The notes below the pieces were generated by a model. It was not told where the DNA came from. It worked only from the letters and a program-made list of their open reading frames with translations, and searched no databases. Shown here one piece after another: positions 18,057 through 27,837 of a DNA stretch of 64,000 bases (position 1 is its first letter; every line of letters starts with the position of its first letter). Made by a program: the position numbers and the translations under genes. Source of the DNA: Clostridiales bacterium (GTDB lineage: Bacteria; Bacillota; Clostridia; Christensenellales; CAG-138); NCBI GenBank assembly GCA_918244965.1, contig CAKJYC010000049.1, forward strand, positions 22,286 to 86,285. Reading direction: 5' to 3'.

Positions 18057-19088
18057 TTATTCCGTCCGGATATCCGCCCAGACGGCGTTGTGGTCCGAAA
18101 GCTCGCAGAGGTCCGAACGCCGCAGCGGGGAGTCGGGGGACGCCCAGCCGCAGTCCGAAAGCAGCGTGGACGTGAGGCCGTGTCCGGTGCACACGGCGCC
18201 GCGGCCGAGGATCCAGTCAAGCTGCAGATGCAGCACGCCGTCGCCGGTCGGCCGTCTGCGCGTGGAGACGCCCGCGCCGTTGAAGGAGCGGAAGTCATAG
18301 CCGTAGTCCCTCGCGCAGGCAAACAGCGGTTCAAGCGGGACCGGATCGACCACGATCCCGTCCGCCTGCTGCCGTTCATACGCAGCAAGCGCCGCCGCCT
18401 CGCCGTAATCGAAGCCGTTCGGGTTCAGATCGCCGCCGATCAGTACCGGCAGATCGCCGAACATCGCATCAGCGTGTTCGAGGATCGCCCGCATCTGCGC
18501 TGCGCGCGCAGCGGGGGAGGTGCGGTTTTCTAGATGCACGCAGACTGCGCCGAGCCTGCGTCCCGCGACGTCGAGCTCGCAGAACACCGCAACGCGGCCG
18601 CCGATCCGTTTTTGTTCGTCGAAGTACCAGTTATACCCCTCCGGCACGTACAGCGCTTCCGCACGCACGATCGGCCAGCGCGAAAGGATCGCGTTGCCCT
18701 CGTATCCCTTTTCGTCGCGCGGGTCGACGAGCTCGATGAATTCGAGCGCATAGGCATAGTTGAAGCCGAGCCGTTCGGCCAGCATGCGCGACACATCGGT
18801 GTTGCCGCTTCGGAGCGTGCCGTCGTCCAGCTCGTTGCCGAACAGCAGATCGGCGCTTCGGAGCGCGGGGCATTCGGACAGAAACGAAACGATCTCCCTT
18901 GCGCGGTACCCGTGCTCCACGTTGAACACCGCCGCGCGGATCGTCTCCGGCGTCCCTGCCGGCGCAGGGAACAGGTTCTGCAGTTCGGGCGCGGCAAACG
19001 CGGCAATGCGCCGCATGACGGCGGTCTGCCCGTCTTTCGGTACGTCTGCGCCGAGCTGTATTCGCTCTGTGTAGGGGATCGCGTTCAT
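18057..19088 (-). CDS. Endonuclease/exonuclease/phosphatase (EEP) family protein
   Basis: ...AAVFNVEHG..., GNELD, ...LIGGDLN..., terminal SDHNAVWADI are EEP catalytic motifs. Start set at MNAIPYT (19088), downstream of GGGAG. Only 22 nt upstream of mrpE. Confidence 0.75.
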   Translation of the reverse strand: MNAIPYTERIQLGADVPKDGQTAVMRRIAAFAAPELQNLFPAPAGTPETIRAAVFNVEHGYRAREIVSFLSECPALRSADLLFGNELDDGTLRSGNTDVSRMLAERLGFNYAYALEFIELVDPRDEKGYEGNAILSRWPIVRAEALYVPEGYNWYFDEQKRIGGRVAVFCELDVAGRRLGAVCVHLENRTSPAARAAQMRAILEHADAMFGDLPVLIGGDLNPNGFDYGEAAALAAYERQQADGIVVDPVPLEPLFACARDYGYDFRSFNGAGVSTRRRPTGDGVLHLQLDWILGRGAVCTGHGLTSTLLSDCGWASPDSPLRRSDLCELSDHNAVWADIRTE

Positions 19089-19223
19089 CTTTCTTTGCTC
19101 CCGACTTTTATCCATAATAGTATAGCACGGCGGAGACCGTTTGAAAAGAGGCAAAACGGCAGGCGCACAGCGCGGCACGGCTTGAAATTATACCGAAACG
19201 CGTATATTTTTTCATAAATGCGA

Positions 19224-19282
19224 TTGACAACCGGCGCGTCAAGTGGTAAGATTAGACCGATAGGAGCGCAAACGTTTGCGCT
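19224..19282 (+). promoter_or_regulatory. Promoter plus palindromic operator upstream of the HAD-ABC operon
   Basis: TTGACA (19224-19229), 17 nt, TAAGAT (19247-19252), then the perfect 18-bp palindrome AGCGCAAACGTTTGCGCT (19265-19282). Confidence 0.7.
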
Positions 19283-19318
19283 TGCAGAAACAGACCACTT
19301 TTGACGGGGGACGGAGAA

Positions 19319-20077
19319 ATGATCAAAGCAGTCATGTTTGATATGGGCGGCACGCTCGAAGACCTGTATTCCGATGAAAAAAACGACAGGGCGACTGCGT
19401 ACGCGCTGTATGAGATCCTGAAAAAGCACGGGATCGAGGTCCCGTACGAGGCCGAGCCGCTGTGGAAGATCGTCGGCGCGGGCATTCAGGCGTATAAGAA
19501 GGATTCCGAGCGGACGCTGCGCGAGCTGAAGCCGGAGGAGATCTGGCCGGACTGGGGCTTTAAGGATATTCCGGTCGACCGCGAAAAGCTGATCGCCTGC
19601 AGCGAGGAGATCGCCCACATGTGGGAGACGACCTTCTATGACCGCAAGCTCCGCGAGCACGGCGCCGAGATGCTGAAGGGCCTCAAGGAGGACCTCGGCA
19701 TGTATGTTTCGGTCGTCAGCAACACGGGCAGCCTCTTCCAGGTGTTCGATACGCTGAAGAAATACGGCGTGCGGCAGTATTTCGACAACATTACGCTTTC
19801 CTCCGTCACCGGCTACCGCAAGCCGCATCCGAACGTCTTCCGCGTCGCGCTGAACCAGGCGAACCTCGATCCGTCCGAATGCGCGTTCGTCGGCGACACG
19901 CTTTCGCGCGATGTGGTCGGTCCGCGTAAAATGGGCTTTGGCCGCGTGTTCAAGATCAATTCATTTCTGACCAAGCAAAAGGATATCGGCAAATACGACG
20001 TCGCGCCGGATTATGAGATCACGGACATCTACGACGTCTACACGCTCCTCAAAAAGGAGCGCGAGGAGCAGCGGTAA
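19319..20077 (+). CDS. HAD-IA-like hydrolase, same subfamily as the four tandem copies at 52-55 kb
   Basis: Motif I FDMGGTL, motif II VVSN, YRKPHPNVF, motif IV VGDTLSRDV. Start at MIKAVMFD, with GGAG upstream. Confidence 0.8.
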   Translation: MIKAVMFDMGGTLEDLYSDEKNDRATAYALYEILKKHGIEVPYEAEPLWKIVGAGIQAYKKDSERTLRELKPEEIWPDWGFKDIPVDREKLIACSEEIAHMWETTFYDRKLREHGAEMLKGLKEDLGMYVSVVSNTGSLFQVFDTLKKYGVRQYFDNITLSSVTGYRKPHPNVFRVALNQANLDPSECAFVGDTLSRDVVGPRKMGFGRVFKINSFLTKQKDIGKYDVAPDYEITDIYDVYTLLKKEREEQR

Positions 20078-20109
20078 CCGCTTGAGAGCATTTCCGAGGG
20101 AGGTATACA

Positions 20110-22002
20110 ATGGCAAAGAAAGGATGGAAACGTCCGCCGATGACGTGGAAACGGTTCAAGAACCTGTTTCTGAACGTGGTCGGCAATCCCTTTAACGTGA
20201 TCGTCGCCATCACGCTGATCATTCTGTTCATCTTCATCATCATTCCGCTGTTGACGATGATCCAGAATACGTTCGTGACGACGCGCGGCGCGCTGCGGGA
20301 GGTTCGGAAGGTGTATCCCGACGCACAGGTCGGCAGCTATACGCTGTATTCCTGGCGCTATCTGTTCGGCGCGGAGAACTTCGTCTCGTCGGGCGACATG
20401 GGACTCAAGGGCACGCTGATCTACGTCAACCTTCTGGAGCCGCTGTTCCACTCGCTGACGATCGGCTTCTTCGTCACGATCATCTCGGTCCCGCTCGGCG
20501 CGCTGATGGCGTGGCTGATGGTGCGTACCGACATTCCGTGCAAGGGCCTTCTGTCCTCGCTGATCCTGATCCCGTACATGATCCCGTCGTGGTGCAAGGC
20601 GCTGTCGTGGCTGACGGTCTTCCGAACGCCGGAGTACGGCGGGTTCAACGGCCTTTTGACCGGCATGGGGATCGGGGTGCCGGACTGGCTTGCTTACGGC
20701 CCGATCGCGATCATCGTCGTCATGACGATGCACTATTACGCGTTTTCCTATATCATGGTTTCCGGCGCGCTGCGGTCCATCAACTCCGAGCTTGAGGAGA
20801 TGGGCGAGATCCAGGGCGCGAACAAGGCGCAGATCCTCAAAAACATCACGCTGCCGCTGGTGCTGCCGTCGATTCTGTCGGCAACGATCATGACGATCAG
20901 TAAGTCGATCGGCACCTACGGCGTTGCGGCGCGTCTCGGCGAGCCTGCGGGCTATCACGTGCTGGCGACCAAGATGAAATGGTTCCTCGGCCGTTCCTCC
21001 ACCGAGGCGGTCGGCTACATCCTTTCGATCGTCATGATCGCGCTTGCCGCCGGTACGATCTTCATCAACCAGCGGCTGATCGGTAAGCGCAAATCCTACG
21101 CGACGATCGGCGGCAAGGGCACGCGGTCGAATCCGATCCCGCTCGGCGGCGCAAAGTGGCCGATGCTGACGCTTCTGGTCATCTTTCTGGTCGTGGCCAT
21201 GTTCATGCCGCTGTTCTTCCTTGTCATGGAGTCGTTCCAGATCATACCGGGCAACGGTTACGGCGCGGACAACCTGACGCTGTACGCATGGATCGGGCAG
21301 CTGGAGAACGCGCCGAATACGGCGTTCGACCGCGACGGTCTGTTCTCTCCGCATAACGAGCTGTTCTGGCGCTCGTTGTGGAATACCGTCAAGCTCTCCC
21401 TGATCGCATCGGTCATCACGGCGGTGTTCGGACAGTTCTTCGGCTACATCACGACGCGCGGCCGCGGCAAGTGGTACGGCAACGCGGTGGAGCAGCTGAT
21501 CTTCATACCGTACCTGATGAGCGGCGTCGCGTTCTCGGCGATCTACTACGCGATGTTCAGTCAGCCGCATCTGTGGGGACTGATCCCGTCGCTGACGGGC
21601 ACGTTCATGCTGATATTGCTGGTGTCGATCGTCAAGCACTTCCCGTTCGCCAGCCGGTCCGGCTCGTCGAACATGATGCAGATCTCGACGGAGCTTGAGG
21701 AGGCGGCGACGATCAACGGCGCGGGCTTCTGGCGGCGCATCGGCAGCATCATCATTCCACTGGCGCGGCACGGCTTCCTCTCGGGCTTCCTGCTTTCCTT
21801 TATCAGTATTGCAAAGGAATTGGACCTGATCGCCATCCTGATCACGAGCGAGGAGAATTACACGCTGTCGTTCCTCTCGTTCACGTATTCGGAAACGATG
21901 CCGCAGGCGGGCGACGCGATCTGCATCATCATCATCGCGTTCATCCTGATCACGAACAAGATCGCGGATAAGTTCGGCGGCAACGTCAGCAAGAGCATGT
22001 AA
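20110..22002 (+). CDS. ABC importer permease, fused two-domain (FbpB/ThiP-like topology)
   Basis: 630 aa, about 12 TM helices, two tandem permease halves each with an EAA-like loop. GGGAGG RBS. Confidence 0.8.
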   Translation: MAKKGWKRPPMTWKRFKNLFLNVVGNPFNVIVAITLIILFIFIIIPLLTMIQNTFVTTRGALREVRKVYPDAQVGSYTLYSWRYLFGAENFVSSGDMGLKGTLIYVNLLEPLFHSLTIGFFVTIISVPLGALMAWLMVRTDIPCKGLLSSLILIPYMIPSWCKALSWLTVFRTPEYGGFNGLLTGMGIGVPDWLAYGPIAIIVVMTMHYYAFSYIMVSGALRSINSELEEMGEIQGANKAQILKNITLPLVLPSILSATIMTISKSIGTYGVAARLGEPAGYHVLATKMKWFLGRSSTEAVGYILSIVMIALAAGTIFINQRLIGKRKSYATIGGKGTRSNPIPLGGAKWPMLTLLVIFLVVAMFMPLFFLVMESFQIIPGNGYGADNLTLYAWIGQLENAPNTAFDRDGLFSPHNELFWRSLWNTVKLSLIASVITAVFGQFFGYITTRGRGKWYGNAVEQLIFIPYLMSGVAFSAIYYAMFSQPHLWGLIPSLTGTFMLILLVSIVKHFPFASRSGSSNMMQISTELEEAATINGAGFWRRIGSIIIPLARHGFLSGFLLSFISIAKELDLIAILITSEENYTLSFLSFTYSETMPQAGDAICIIIIAFILITNKIADKFGGNVSKSM

Positions 22003-22035
22003 CCCCCAACGACCGATAACAGAAAGGATTTCAAA

Positions 22036-23193
22036 ATGAGCAAGATCGTTTTAAGTCACATTGATAAATTCTACGGCGACAACCATGTTCTGCGCGACAT
22101 CAACCTCACGATCGAGGACGGCGACTTCATGACGCTTTTAGGGCCTTCCGGCTGCGGCAAAACCACCACGCTGCGCGTCGTCTCCGGCCTTGAAAAGCCG
22201 CAGCACGGCACGATGACGATCGACGACCGCCCGGTCATCGACGCGGACGCCGCGTTCTATGAGGCGCCTTCGAAGCGCGGACTGAACCTTGTGTTCCAGA
22301 GCTACGCGCTGTGGCCGCACATGACGGTGTTCCAGAACGTCGCCTTCGGTCTCAAGATCAAAAAGATGAAGAAGGCGGAGATCGAGGAGACCGTCATGGG
22401 CGCGCTCAGAACCATGCGCATCGAGGAGTACCGCGACCGCTACCCGAACGAGCTTTCCGGCGGTCAGCAGCAGCGCGTTGCGATCGCCCGCGCGATCGCG
22501 TCGAGCCCGAAGCTGCTGCTTCTGGACGAGCCGCTTTCGAACCTTGACGCGCGGCTTCGCATCGACATGCGCGCCGAGCTCAAGCGTCTGCACAAGGAAA
22601 CCGGCACGACGATCATCTACGTCACGCACGATCAGGTCGAGGCGCTGACGATGTCCACGAAGATCGCGCTGTTCAAGGAGGGCGAGATCTCCCAGATCGA
22701 CACGCCGCTGGGCCTTTATACGAACCCGATCGACCTGCAGGCCGCCGACTTCATCGGCAATCCGCGCATCAACTTCATCGACGCGAAGGGCGTATATAAC
22801 GGCGACACGCTGACGGTCACGAGCGAGTTCGGCACCTATGTGTTCCCGCATGAGACGCTGAAGCTCGACGAGGAGATCCCGGAGGGCGAGGAATTCGAAT
22901 GCGTGCTGGGCCTCCGCCCCGAAATGGTCGATATCTATACGCAGGATCCGAACCACAAGAACACGGTCGCGGCCAAGATCTACGCGAACCAGCCCGCAGG
23001 CAGCGAGACGCTGGTGACGCTGACGGTCGGCAACACCGAGTTCCTTGCGATCCAGGTCGGACTGGTGGAATACGATATGAATCAGGATGTATTTGTCGTC
23101 TTGCATCCGGGCCGCATGAACGTGTATAATAAGAGCACGGGCAGACTGATCAAGTATGCAAAGACCAAGCACAAGGCGGGCATCGACGACTGA
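22036..23193 (+). CDS. ABC importer ATP-binding protein (MalK/PotA-like with a C-terminal regulatory domain)
   Basis: GPSGCGKTT, LSGGQQQRVAIARA, LLLLDEPLSNLDA, THDQ. Confidence 0.9.
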   Translation: MSKIVLSHIDKFYGDNHVLRDINLTIEDGDFMTLLGPSGCGKTTTLRVVSGLEKPQHGTMTIDDRPVIDADAAFYEAPSKRGLNLVFQSYALWPHMTVFQNVAFGLKIKKMKKAEIEETVMGALRTMRIEEYRDRYPNELSGGQQQRVAIARAIASSPKLLLLDEPLSNLDARLRIDMRAELKRLHKETGTTIIYVTHDQVEALTMSTKIALFKEGEISQIDTPLGLYTNPIDLQAADFIGNPRINFIDAKGVYNGDTLTVTSEFGTYVFPHETLKLDEEIPEGEEFECVLGLRPEMVDIYTQDPNHKNTVAAKIYANQPAGSETLVTLTVGNTEFLAIQVGLVEYDMNQDVFVVLHPGRMNVYNKSTGRLIKYAKTKHKAGIDD

Positions 23194-23230
23194 TTTCAAA
23201 CAACAATCCAACGGAAAGGAAACGCGCGAT

Positions 23231-24538
23231 ATGAAAAAGACATTTGCTTTGATTCTCTCCCTGCTGCTGATCCTCACGGCAACGGCGTGCGGCGGCGCGG
23301 GCGGCTCCGGCGGAAACGCCTCCGGCAGCGCATCGGGCGATAAGCCCAAGACCGGCGTTGCGGCGATCGACGTGATCGGCGAGGACGGCATCGACTGGAA
23401 CCACATGACAATGGAAGAGCTCTATGAAATGGCGAAGAAGGAGGGCGGCGTCGTCAAGATCTACGCCACCACGACCGACGCCAACACCGCGAAGAAGAAG
23501 ATCGCGCGCGACTATCCCGATGTGCAGTGGGAGTTCGTGCAGTGCGACACCGACGAGGTCAAGGGCATGATCGAGCGCGACTACGACGCGGGCAAGGTCT
23601 ACGCGGACGTGCTGCTCGTCAAGGACTCCTCCGGCGAGATCTACAACGACCTCGTGATGTACGACATCGTCAAGGTCTACTATCCGGCGGTGATCTGCGA
23701 GCACATCTCCGACGACCTGCTGCAGTACGGCATGCCGCTGTATTCCACGTTCAACCCGTGGTTCTACAACACCCGCGACTTCCCGGACGGCGTGCCGATC
23801 GAGAGCTGGTGGGATATTGTCGAGGGCTACAACGTCGACACCAAGTCCTATAAGGACGCGAACGGCAACGACACGCAGTACTGGCACGTCTACACGAAGG
23901 ACGTCAAGGCGCCGTCCTACGCCGCACTGTGGGCGCAGCTCATTGTGGACGGCGACGCGCTGAGGGAGCAGTACAAGAAGCAGCACAACGGCGAGGACCT
24001 CGTCATCACCTATACCGACAAGCTGCAGAACAGCAGCTTCAAGCACTTCCCGGAGGACAACGCCGGCGTCGAGCTGTTCTGGCGTTTCTCGCAGATGAAG
24101 ACGTATGAGCTGTCCGACGGCGACGCAGTCGTAACGGCGGTCAACGAATCGGTCAACGGACCGACGCTCGGCCTCTGCTCGGCGTCGAAGCTCGACAACC
24201 GCGACATGGGCATGGACATCGCGTGGGTCACCGGCCTGTCCCCGTACACCGCGCAGGATGCGGCGGCGTATGTGTACGTCGTGTCCGGCTGCGACAACCC
24301 GGCGGGCGCGCGCCTGTACATCAACTACCTGCTCGGCGGCGAAGACGGAAAGAGCGGCTGCTATCAGACGTTCGACAAGCTCGGCCACTGGTCCGTGCGC
24401 GACGACGTCGTGTATGAGAAATCCGGCATCGAATACGAAGAGGTCGGCCTCAAGGCCCCGGATTTCGAAAAGATCTTCGAGTACTATTCCAGCGTCGGCG
24501 ACTACTGGGATCTCTGGTCCAGCTGGCGCAGCAAATAA
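23231..24538 (+). CDS. ABC importer substrate-binding protein (secreted, probable lipoprotein)
   Basis: Signal peptide MKKTFALILSLLLILTATAC followed by a Gly/Ser linker. ~435 aa. Last gene of the HAD-permease-ATPase-SBP unit. Confidence 0.75.
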   Translation: MKKTFALILSLLLILTATACGGAGGSGGNASGSASGDKPKTGVAAIDVIGEDGIDWNHMTMEELYEMAKKEGGVVKIYATTTDANTAKKKIARDYPDVQWEFVQCDTDEVKGMIERDYDAGKVYADVLLVKDSSGEIYNDLVMYDIVKVYYPAVICEHISDDLLQYGMPLYSTFNPWFYNTRDFPDGVPIESWWDIVEGYNVDTKSYKDANGNDTQYWHVYTKDVKAPSYAALWAQLIVDGDALREQYKKQHNGEDLVITYTDKLQNSSFKHFPEDNAGVELFWRFSQMKTYELSDGDAVVTAVNESVNGPTLGLCSASKLDNRDMGMDIAWVTGLSPYTAQDAAAYVYVVSGCDNPAGARLYINYLLGGEDGKSGCYQTFDKLGHWSVRDDVVYEKSGIEYEEVGLKAPDFEKIFEYYSSVGDYWDLWSSWRSK

Positions 24539-24553
24539 CCGATATGAAAACAG

Positions 24554-24581
24554 CCCCTGCGCGGGAGATCCCGCGCAGGGG
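24554..24581 (+). other. GC-rich hairpin after the SBP gene (no U-tract)
   Basis: CCCCTGCGCGGGA-GA-TCCCGCGCAGGGG. Could be a weak terminator or an mRNA-stabilising element. Confidence 0.4.
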
Positions 24582-24595
24582 CGTACCCGTAAGCT

Positions 24596-25144
24596 ATGGC
24601 AAGAAAGCAATCGCAGTTTGAGAAAAAAGCAAACGAGTTCGCCCGCGTCACCTTTCTGGATAAGGACGGAAAGCCGAAGAGCGCCGCATACCTCTACGGC
24701 TTTATGCTGTCCATTCTGTTCGGGGTGATCTATCTGGGCGTCTATCTCGGTGCGGGCTTTCTGCTCGGCCTTGCGTGGCCGGACGGCTCCGTGTGGGCGA
24801 TCCTTCTCCAGTATCTTGCGACTGCCGTGCTCGGCACCGCGATCTGTCTCCTGAGCCTTCTGATCTTCAAGGGCCCGCGGCGCTGCTTCCCGTATTATGC
24901 CTACGTCTGGCTGTTCATTCTGTTTGTGATGTCGGTGATCACCTCGCTGTTCATGTGCGACTGGGCAAGCGGCGACGGCTGGATCATCTTCTGGCAGTAC
25001 TGCACGGTAGTGTTCTTCCCGACGATCCTTGCGATCCTTGCGGGCGGGATCCCGACGCGCATCCTCTGGCACCGGGAGCTGCAAAGGCAGTATGAAGCCG
25101 AGGAGGAAACGAAAAAGACGCGTCCCTCCTACTACAACACCTGA
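24596..25144 (+). CDS. Hypothetical membrane protein (about 4 TM helices)
   Basis: 182-aa ORF with hydrophobic segments. No recognisable motif, and the RBS is weak. Confidence 0.5.
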   Translation: MARKQSQFEKKANEFARVTFLDKDGKPKSAAYLYGFMLSILFGVIYLGVYLGAGFLLGLAWPDGSVWAILLQYLATAVLGTAICLLSLLIFKGPRRCFPYYAYVWLFILFVMSVITSLFMCDWASGDGWIIFWQYCTVVFFPTILAILAGGIPTRILWHRELQRQYEAEEETKKTRPSYYNT

Positions 25145-25147
25145 GCT

Positions 25148-26101
25148 ATGCTGGAGATCTTCTTTTGCAACGTCGGCGACGGCGACGCGATCCTGCTTCG
25201 CGAAAAGCGGCAGGGAGAGCCGGATTACACGATGCTTGCGGACTGCGGCAGGCCGTTCGTGGAACCGGCGGATGGATCGTTCCGCAAGGAAGCGATCTAC
25301 TATTTACGGCAGCGGGGCGTCGGGCATCTGGACCGGATGATCCTCACGCACCTGCACATCGACCACATCGGCGGCGCGCAGCGGATCCTGTCCGCGATCC
25401 CGACCGATACGCTTTCGGCGCTGTATCTGCCCCCGGACGGCGCGGGCTTTGTCTCGCCGTCGTTCACGTCCGCCGACAAGACGGAAAACGGACTTCGCAT
25501 CCTGCTCGACGCGTTCAGGGACGTCACGGACTGTGCAAGGGCGCGCGGCTGCGCGTTGGAAACGGCGCAGGCGGAGACGGTGCGGCTCACCGACCGGCTG
25601 TCGATGACGGCGGTCCTGCCGAAGCGGGCAATCATCGAGCGCCAGAAGCGCGTGTTCGACGCGCTGTACCGGAACGAGCCGGTCAACGCGGTCGAGACGT
25701 TCCTTGCGGCGAAGCAGCGGAACCTGTCGAGCCTGATGCTGCGGTTCGACTATGCGGGGCGCAGCGTGCTGATCACCGGCGACCGCTACGCCGCCGACTG
25801 GGAGGACGAGCCGATCGGAACGGTCGATGTGCTGAAGCTGCCGCACCACGGCGATCCGAAGTCCATGACGCCGGCGCTTTTGAAACGGCTTTCGCCCTCG
25901 GTCGCGGTGATCTCGTGCCAGAGCGATCCGCGAAACGGAAAGGACCGGCCGAACAGCGAGATCGTGCAGCTTCTGCAGGCGAATGTGCCGCAGCTGTACT
26001 GCACGGAGAACCGGACGCTTCCGACGCTGTCGGCGTCCACGCACAACGGCGTGCGCATCGACATCGGAGACGACGGCGCGATCGCATGCGAGACCGAATG
26101 A
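25148..26101 (+). CDS. MBL-fold metallo-hydrolase (ComEC C-terminal-domain-like)
   Basis: NVGDGDAILL...THLHIDHIGG (HxHxDH motif)...LKLPHHGD. Starts 4 nt after the upstream stop. Confidence 0.75.
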   Translation: MLEIFFCNVGDGDAILLREKRQGEPDYTMLADCGRPFVEPADGSFRKEAIYYLRQRGVGHLDRMILTHLHIDHIGGAQRILSAIPTDTLSALYLPPDGAGFVSPSFTSADKTENGLRILLDAFRDVTDCARARGCALETAQAETVRLTDRLSMTAVLPKRAIIERQKRVFDALYRNEPVNAVETFLAAKQRNLSSLMLRFDYAGRSVLITGDRYAADWEDEPIGTVDVLKLPHHGDPKSMTPALLKRLSPSVAVISCQSDPRNGKDRPNSEIVQLLQANVPQLYCTENRTLPTLSASTHNGVRIDIGDDGAIACETE

Positions 26102-26172
26102 ACGGTATATCTTCCGTTTTGCGACGGAATGTGATACAATACACAACGGAATCAAAACCAAGGAGGAACACC

Positions 26173-27762
26173 ATGAAAAAGCTACTTTCCATCATGCTCG
26201 TGCTGCTGATGATCGTTCCGCTCGCTGCCTGCAACGGCAAGAAGGCGGAGGAACCGCAGACCGAAGCAACAAAAGCGCCGGTCGATCAGCCGACCGAAGC
26301 GCCTGTCGATCCGACCGAAGCGCCTGTCGATCCGACCGAAGCGCCGGATGCACCCGCAGGCACCTATCAGGGCATTGCGCTGAACATCAAGAACAAGACC
26401 GGCAACACGATCGATGCGCTCTTTATCTATCCGGCAGGCTCCGAGGATATGGGCAACAGCGTGGTTGCGGAAGACTGGAAGGACAAGGAAGTCGACGGCG
26501 AGAACTACGAAAAGAACATCTACATCGTCCGTGAAGCGGGCGTTCCGATGGAGATTTACATCGAGTTTGCCGATCACACCTTCCTGAGAATTCCTGCGGA
26601 GCAGGTCGGCACGCTTGCGATGTACGACAAGCTCTCCTTCAAGGGCCCGAATGCAGAAGATCTCAAGCATGAGCCGAACGACGACGAAGCCGATCGGACG
26701 GCTATGGACCTTCTCGTTGCGCGCGGCAAGACGGACGACAACTTCTATCCCGGCTACGAGCTGATCCCCGTGGAGCTCAAGAACAAGACCGGCAAGAACA
26801 TTACCGGCATGTGGTTCTATGAAGAGGGCGGCAAGGCGGAGGATTACAACAACCTCATCGATTACCTGTACACCGACGACGGCGTTAAGATGGATTCTCT
26901 GATGCCGGGCAAGGCGAAGGAAGGCGGCAAGTACCTGTTCAAGTGCTTCATCCGTCCGCATGCCGACAACTACTGTCTGTATGTCACCTTTGACGACGGC
27001 ACGGATATCACCTATCCGATCGAGGACTGGTTCAAGCCGGACGGAAACGGCAACCTGCCGAACGAGATCTCCCTGAAGAATGCGGAGGATCCGGACGATA
27101 TCAAGGTCCAGTATGACGACGGCGTACCGGAGCCGATCGATTATCTTGCGGAATCGGTCAAGAAGGGCCACATCGTCGACCAGTGGTATCCGACCTATGC
27201 GGAAACGACCATGGATGCAGATACGATCAAGGCGCTGAGAGCGGCGCTTGCGCTGGAAGTTGTGCCCGCGCCCGCAGAGCCCGCTGAGCCCGCAGAGCCC
27301 GCAGAACCCGCAGAACCCGCAGAGCCCGCAGGCGAGGTTCCCGCAGGCTACACCGGCCTCCACCTGATGCTCAAGAACAAGTCCGGCAAGGAGATCGAGA
27401 AGGTCTATCTGTTCCCGAACGGCGAGGACAAGGGCAAGAACATCTTCAAGCTGGTCGTGGATGGCATGATCCCGACCGAGGACGAGAGCGCCGAGGGCAA
27501 GCCGCACGAGGTGTTTGCGTACGTGCTCCGCGAGACGGAAAAGCTCGGCGCAATGACGCTTCGCGTGAAGTTCGCAGACGGCACCGAGCAGGATTTCGTG
27601 CTTGAAAAGCCGGTCGAGGACTACACCGTATTCACCGTCAAGGCGGACGAATTCAAGCAGAAGGTCAGCGACGACGCAGAGGACATCGCGCAGATGGACG
27701 CTGTTGAAGTGCAGTTCAACGGCGCTTCCACCGACGGCGTGGAGTTTGCACCGCTCGCATAA
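26173..27762 (+). CDS. Lipoprotein with Pro-rich linkers and three copies of an uncharacterised ~100-aa domain
   Basis: AGGAGG RBS. Signal peptide plus lipobox LAAC. PTEAPVD x3 and (PAE)n linkers. Repeated L.(I/L)KNK(T/S)GK.I...(F/Y) domain starts. Confidence 0.8.
   Translation: MKKLLSIMLVLLMIVPLAACNGKKAEEPQTEATKAPVDQPTEAPVDPTEAPVDPTEAPDAPAGTYQGIALNIKNKTGNTIDALFIYPAGSEDMGNSVVAEDWKDKEVDGENYEKNIYIVREAGVPMEIYIEFADHTFLRIPAEQVGTLAMYDKLSFKGPNAEDLKHEPNDDEADRTAMDLLVARGKTDDNFYPGYELIPVELKNKTGKNITGMWFYEEGGKAEDYNNLIDYLYTDDGVKMDSLMPGKAKEGGKYLFKCFIRPHADNYCLYVTFDDGTDITYPIEDWFKPDGNGNLPNEISLKNAEDPDDIKVQYDDGVPEPIDYLAESVKKGHIVDQWYPTYAETTMDADTIKALRAALALEVVPAPAEPAEPAEPAEPAEPAEPAGEVPAGYTGLHLMLKNKSGKEIEKVYLFPNGEDKGKNIFKLVVDGMIPTEDESAEGKPHEVFAYVLRETEKLGAMTLRVKFADGTEQDFVLEKPVEDYTVFTVKADEFKQKVSDDAEDIAQMDAVEVQFNGASTDGVEFAPLA
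26290..26346 (+). repeat. 21-bp in-frame tandem repeat, about 2.7 copies
   Basis: CCGACCGAAGCGCCTGTCGAT at 26290 and 26311, with a partial third copy. Encodes PTEAPVD. Confidence 0.9.
27271..27330 (+). repeat. 9-bp in-frame tandem repeat, about 6.7 copies
   Basis: CCCGC(A/T)GA(G/A) repeated. Encodes (PAE)n. Confidence 0.9.
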
Positions 27763-27837
27763 CCCCGAAGACTGACAGCGCGGAAGGCGGTCGCACGACG
27801 GCCGCCTCCGCAGTTTGCACAGCACGCAGAAAGGAAC

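Noticed and set aside
24554-24581. GC-rich perfect hairpin after the first SBP gene as a rho-independent terminator.
   Set aside because: There is no U-tract downstream, and the next genes continue on the same strand. I kept it only as a possible stabiliser or weak attenuator.
20038-25084. Minus-strand ORFs of 577, 422 and 644 aa across the first ABC operon.
   Set aside because: Antisense shadows. The plus-strand frames encode canonical permease, Walker A/B ATPase and SBP sequences.
26290-27330. 21-bp and 9-bp tandem repeats as a possible CRISPR array or non-coding satellite.
   Set aside because: The repeats are directly adjacent with no spacers. They are in frame inside a well-supported lipoprotein CDS and encode Pro/Ala/Glu linkers.
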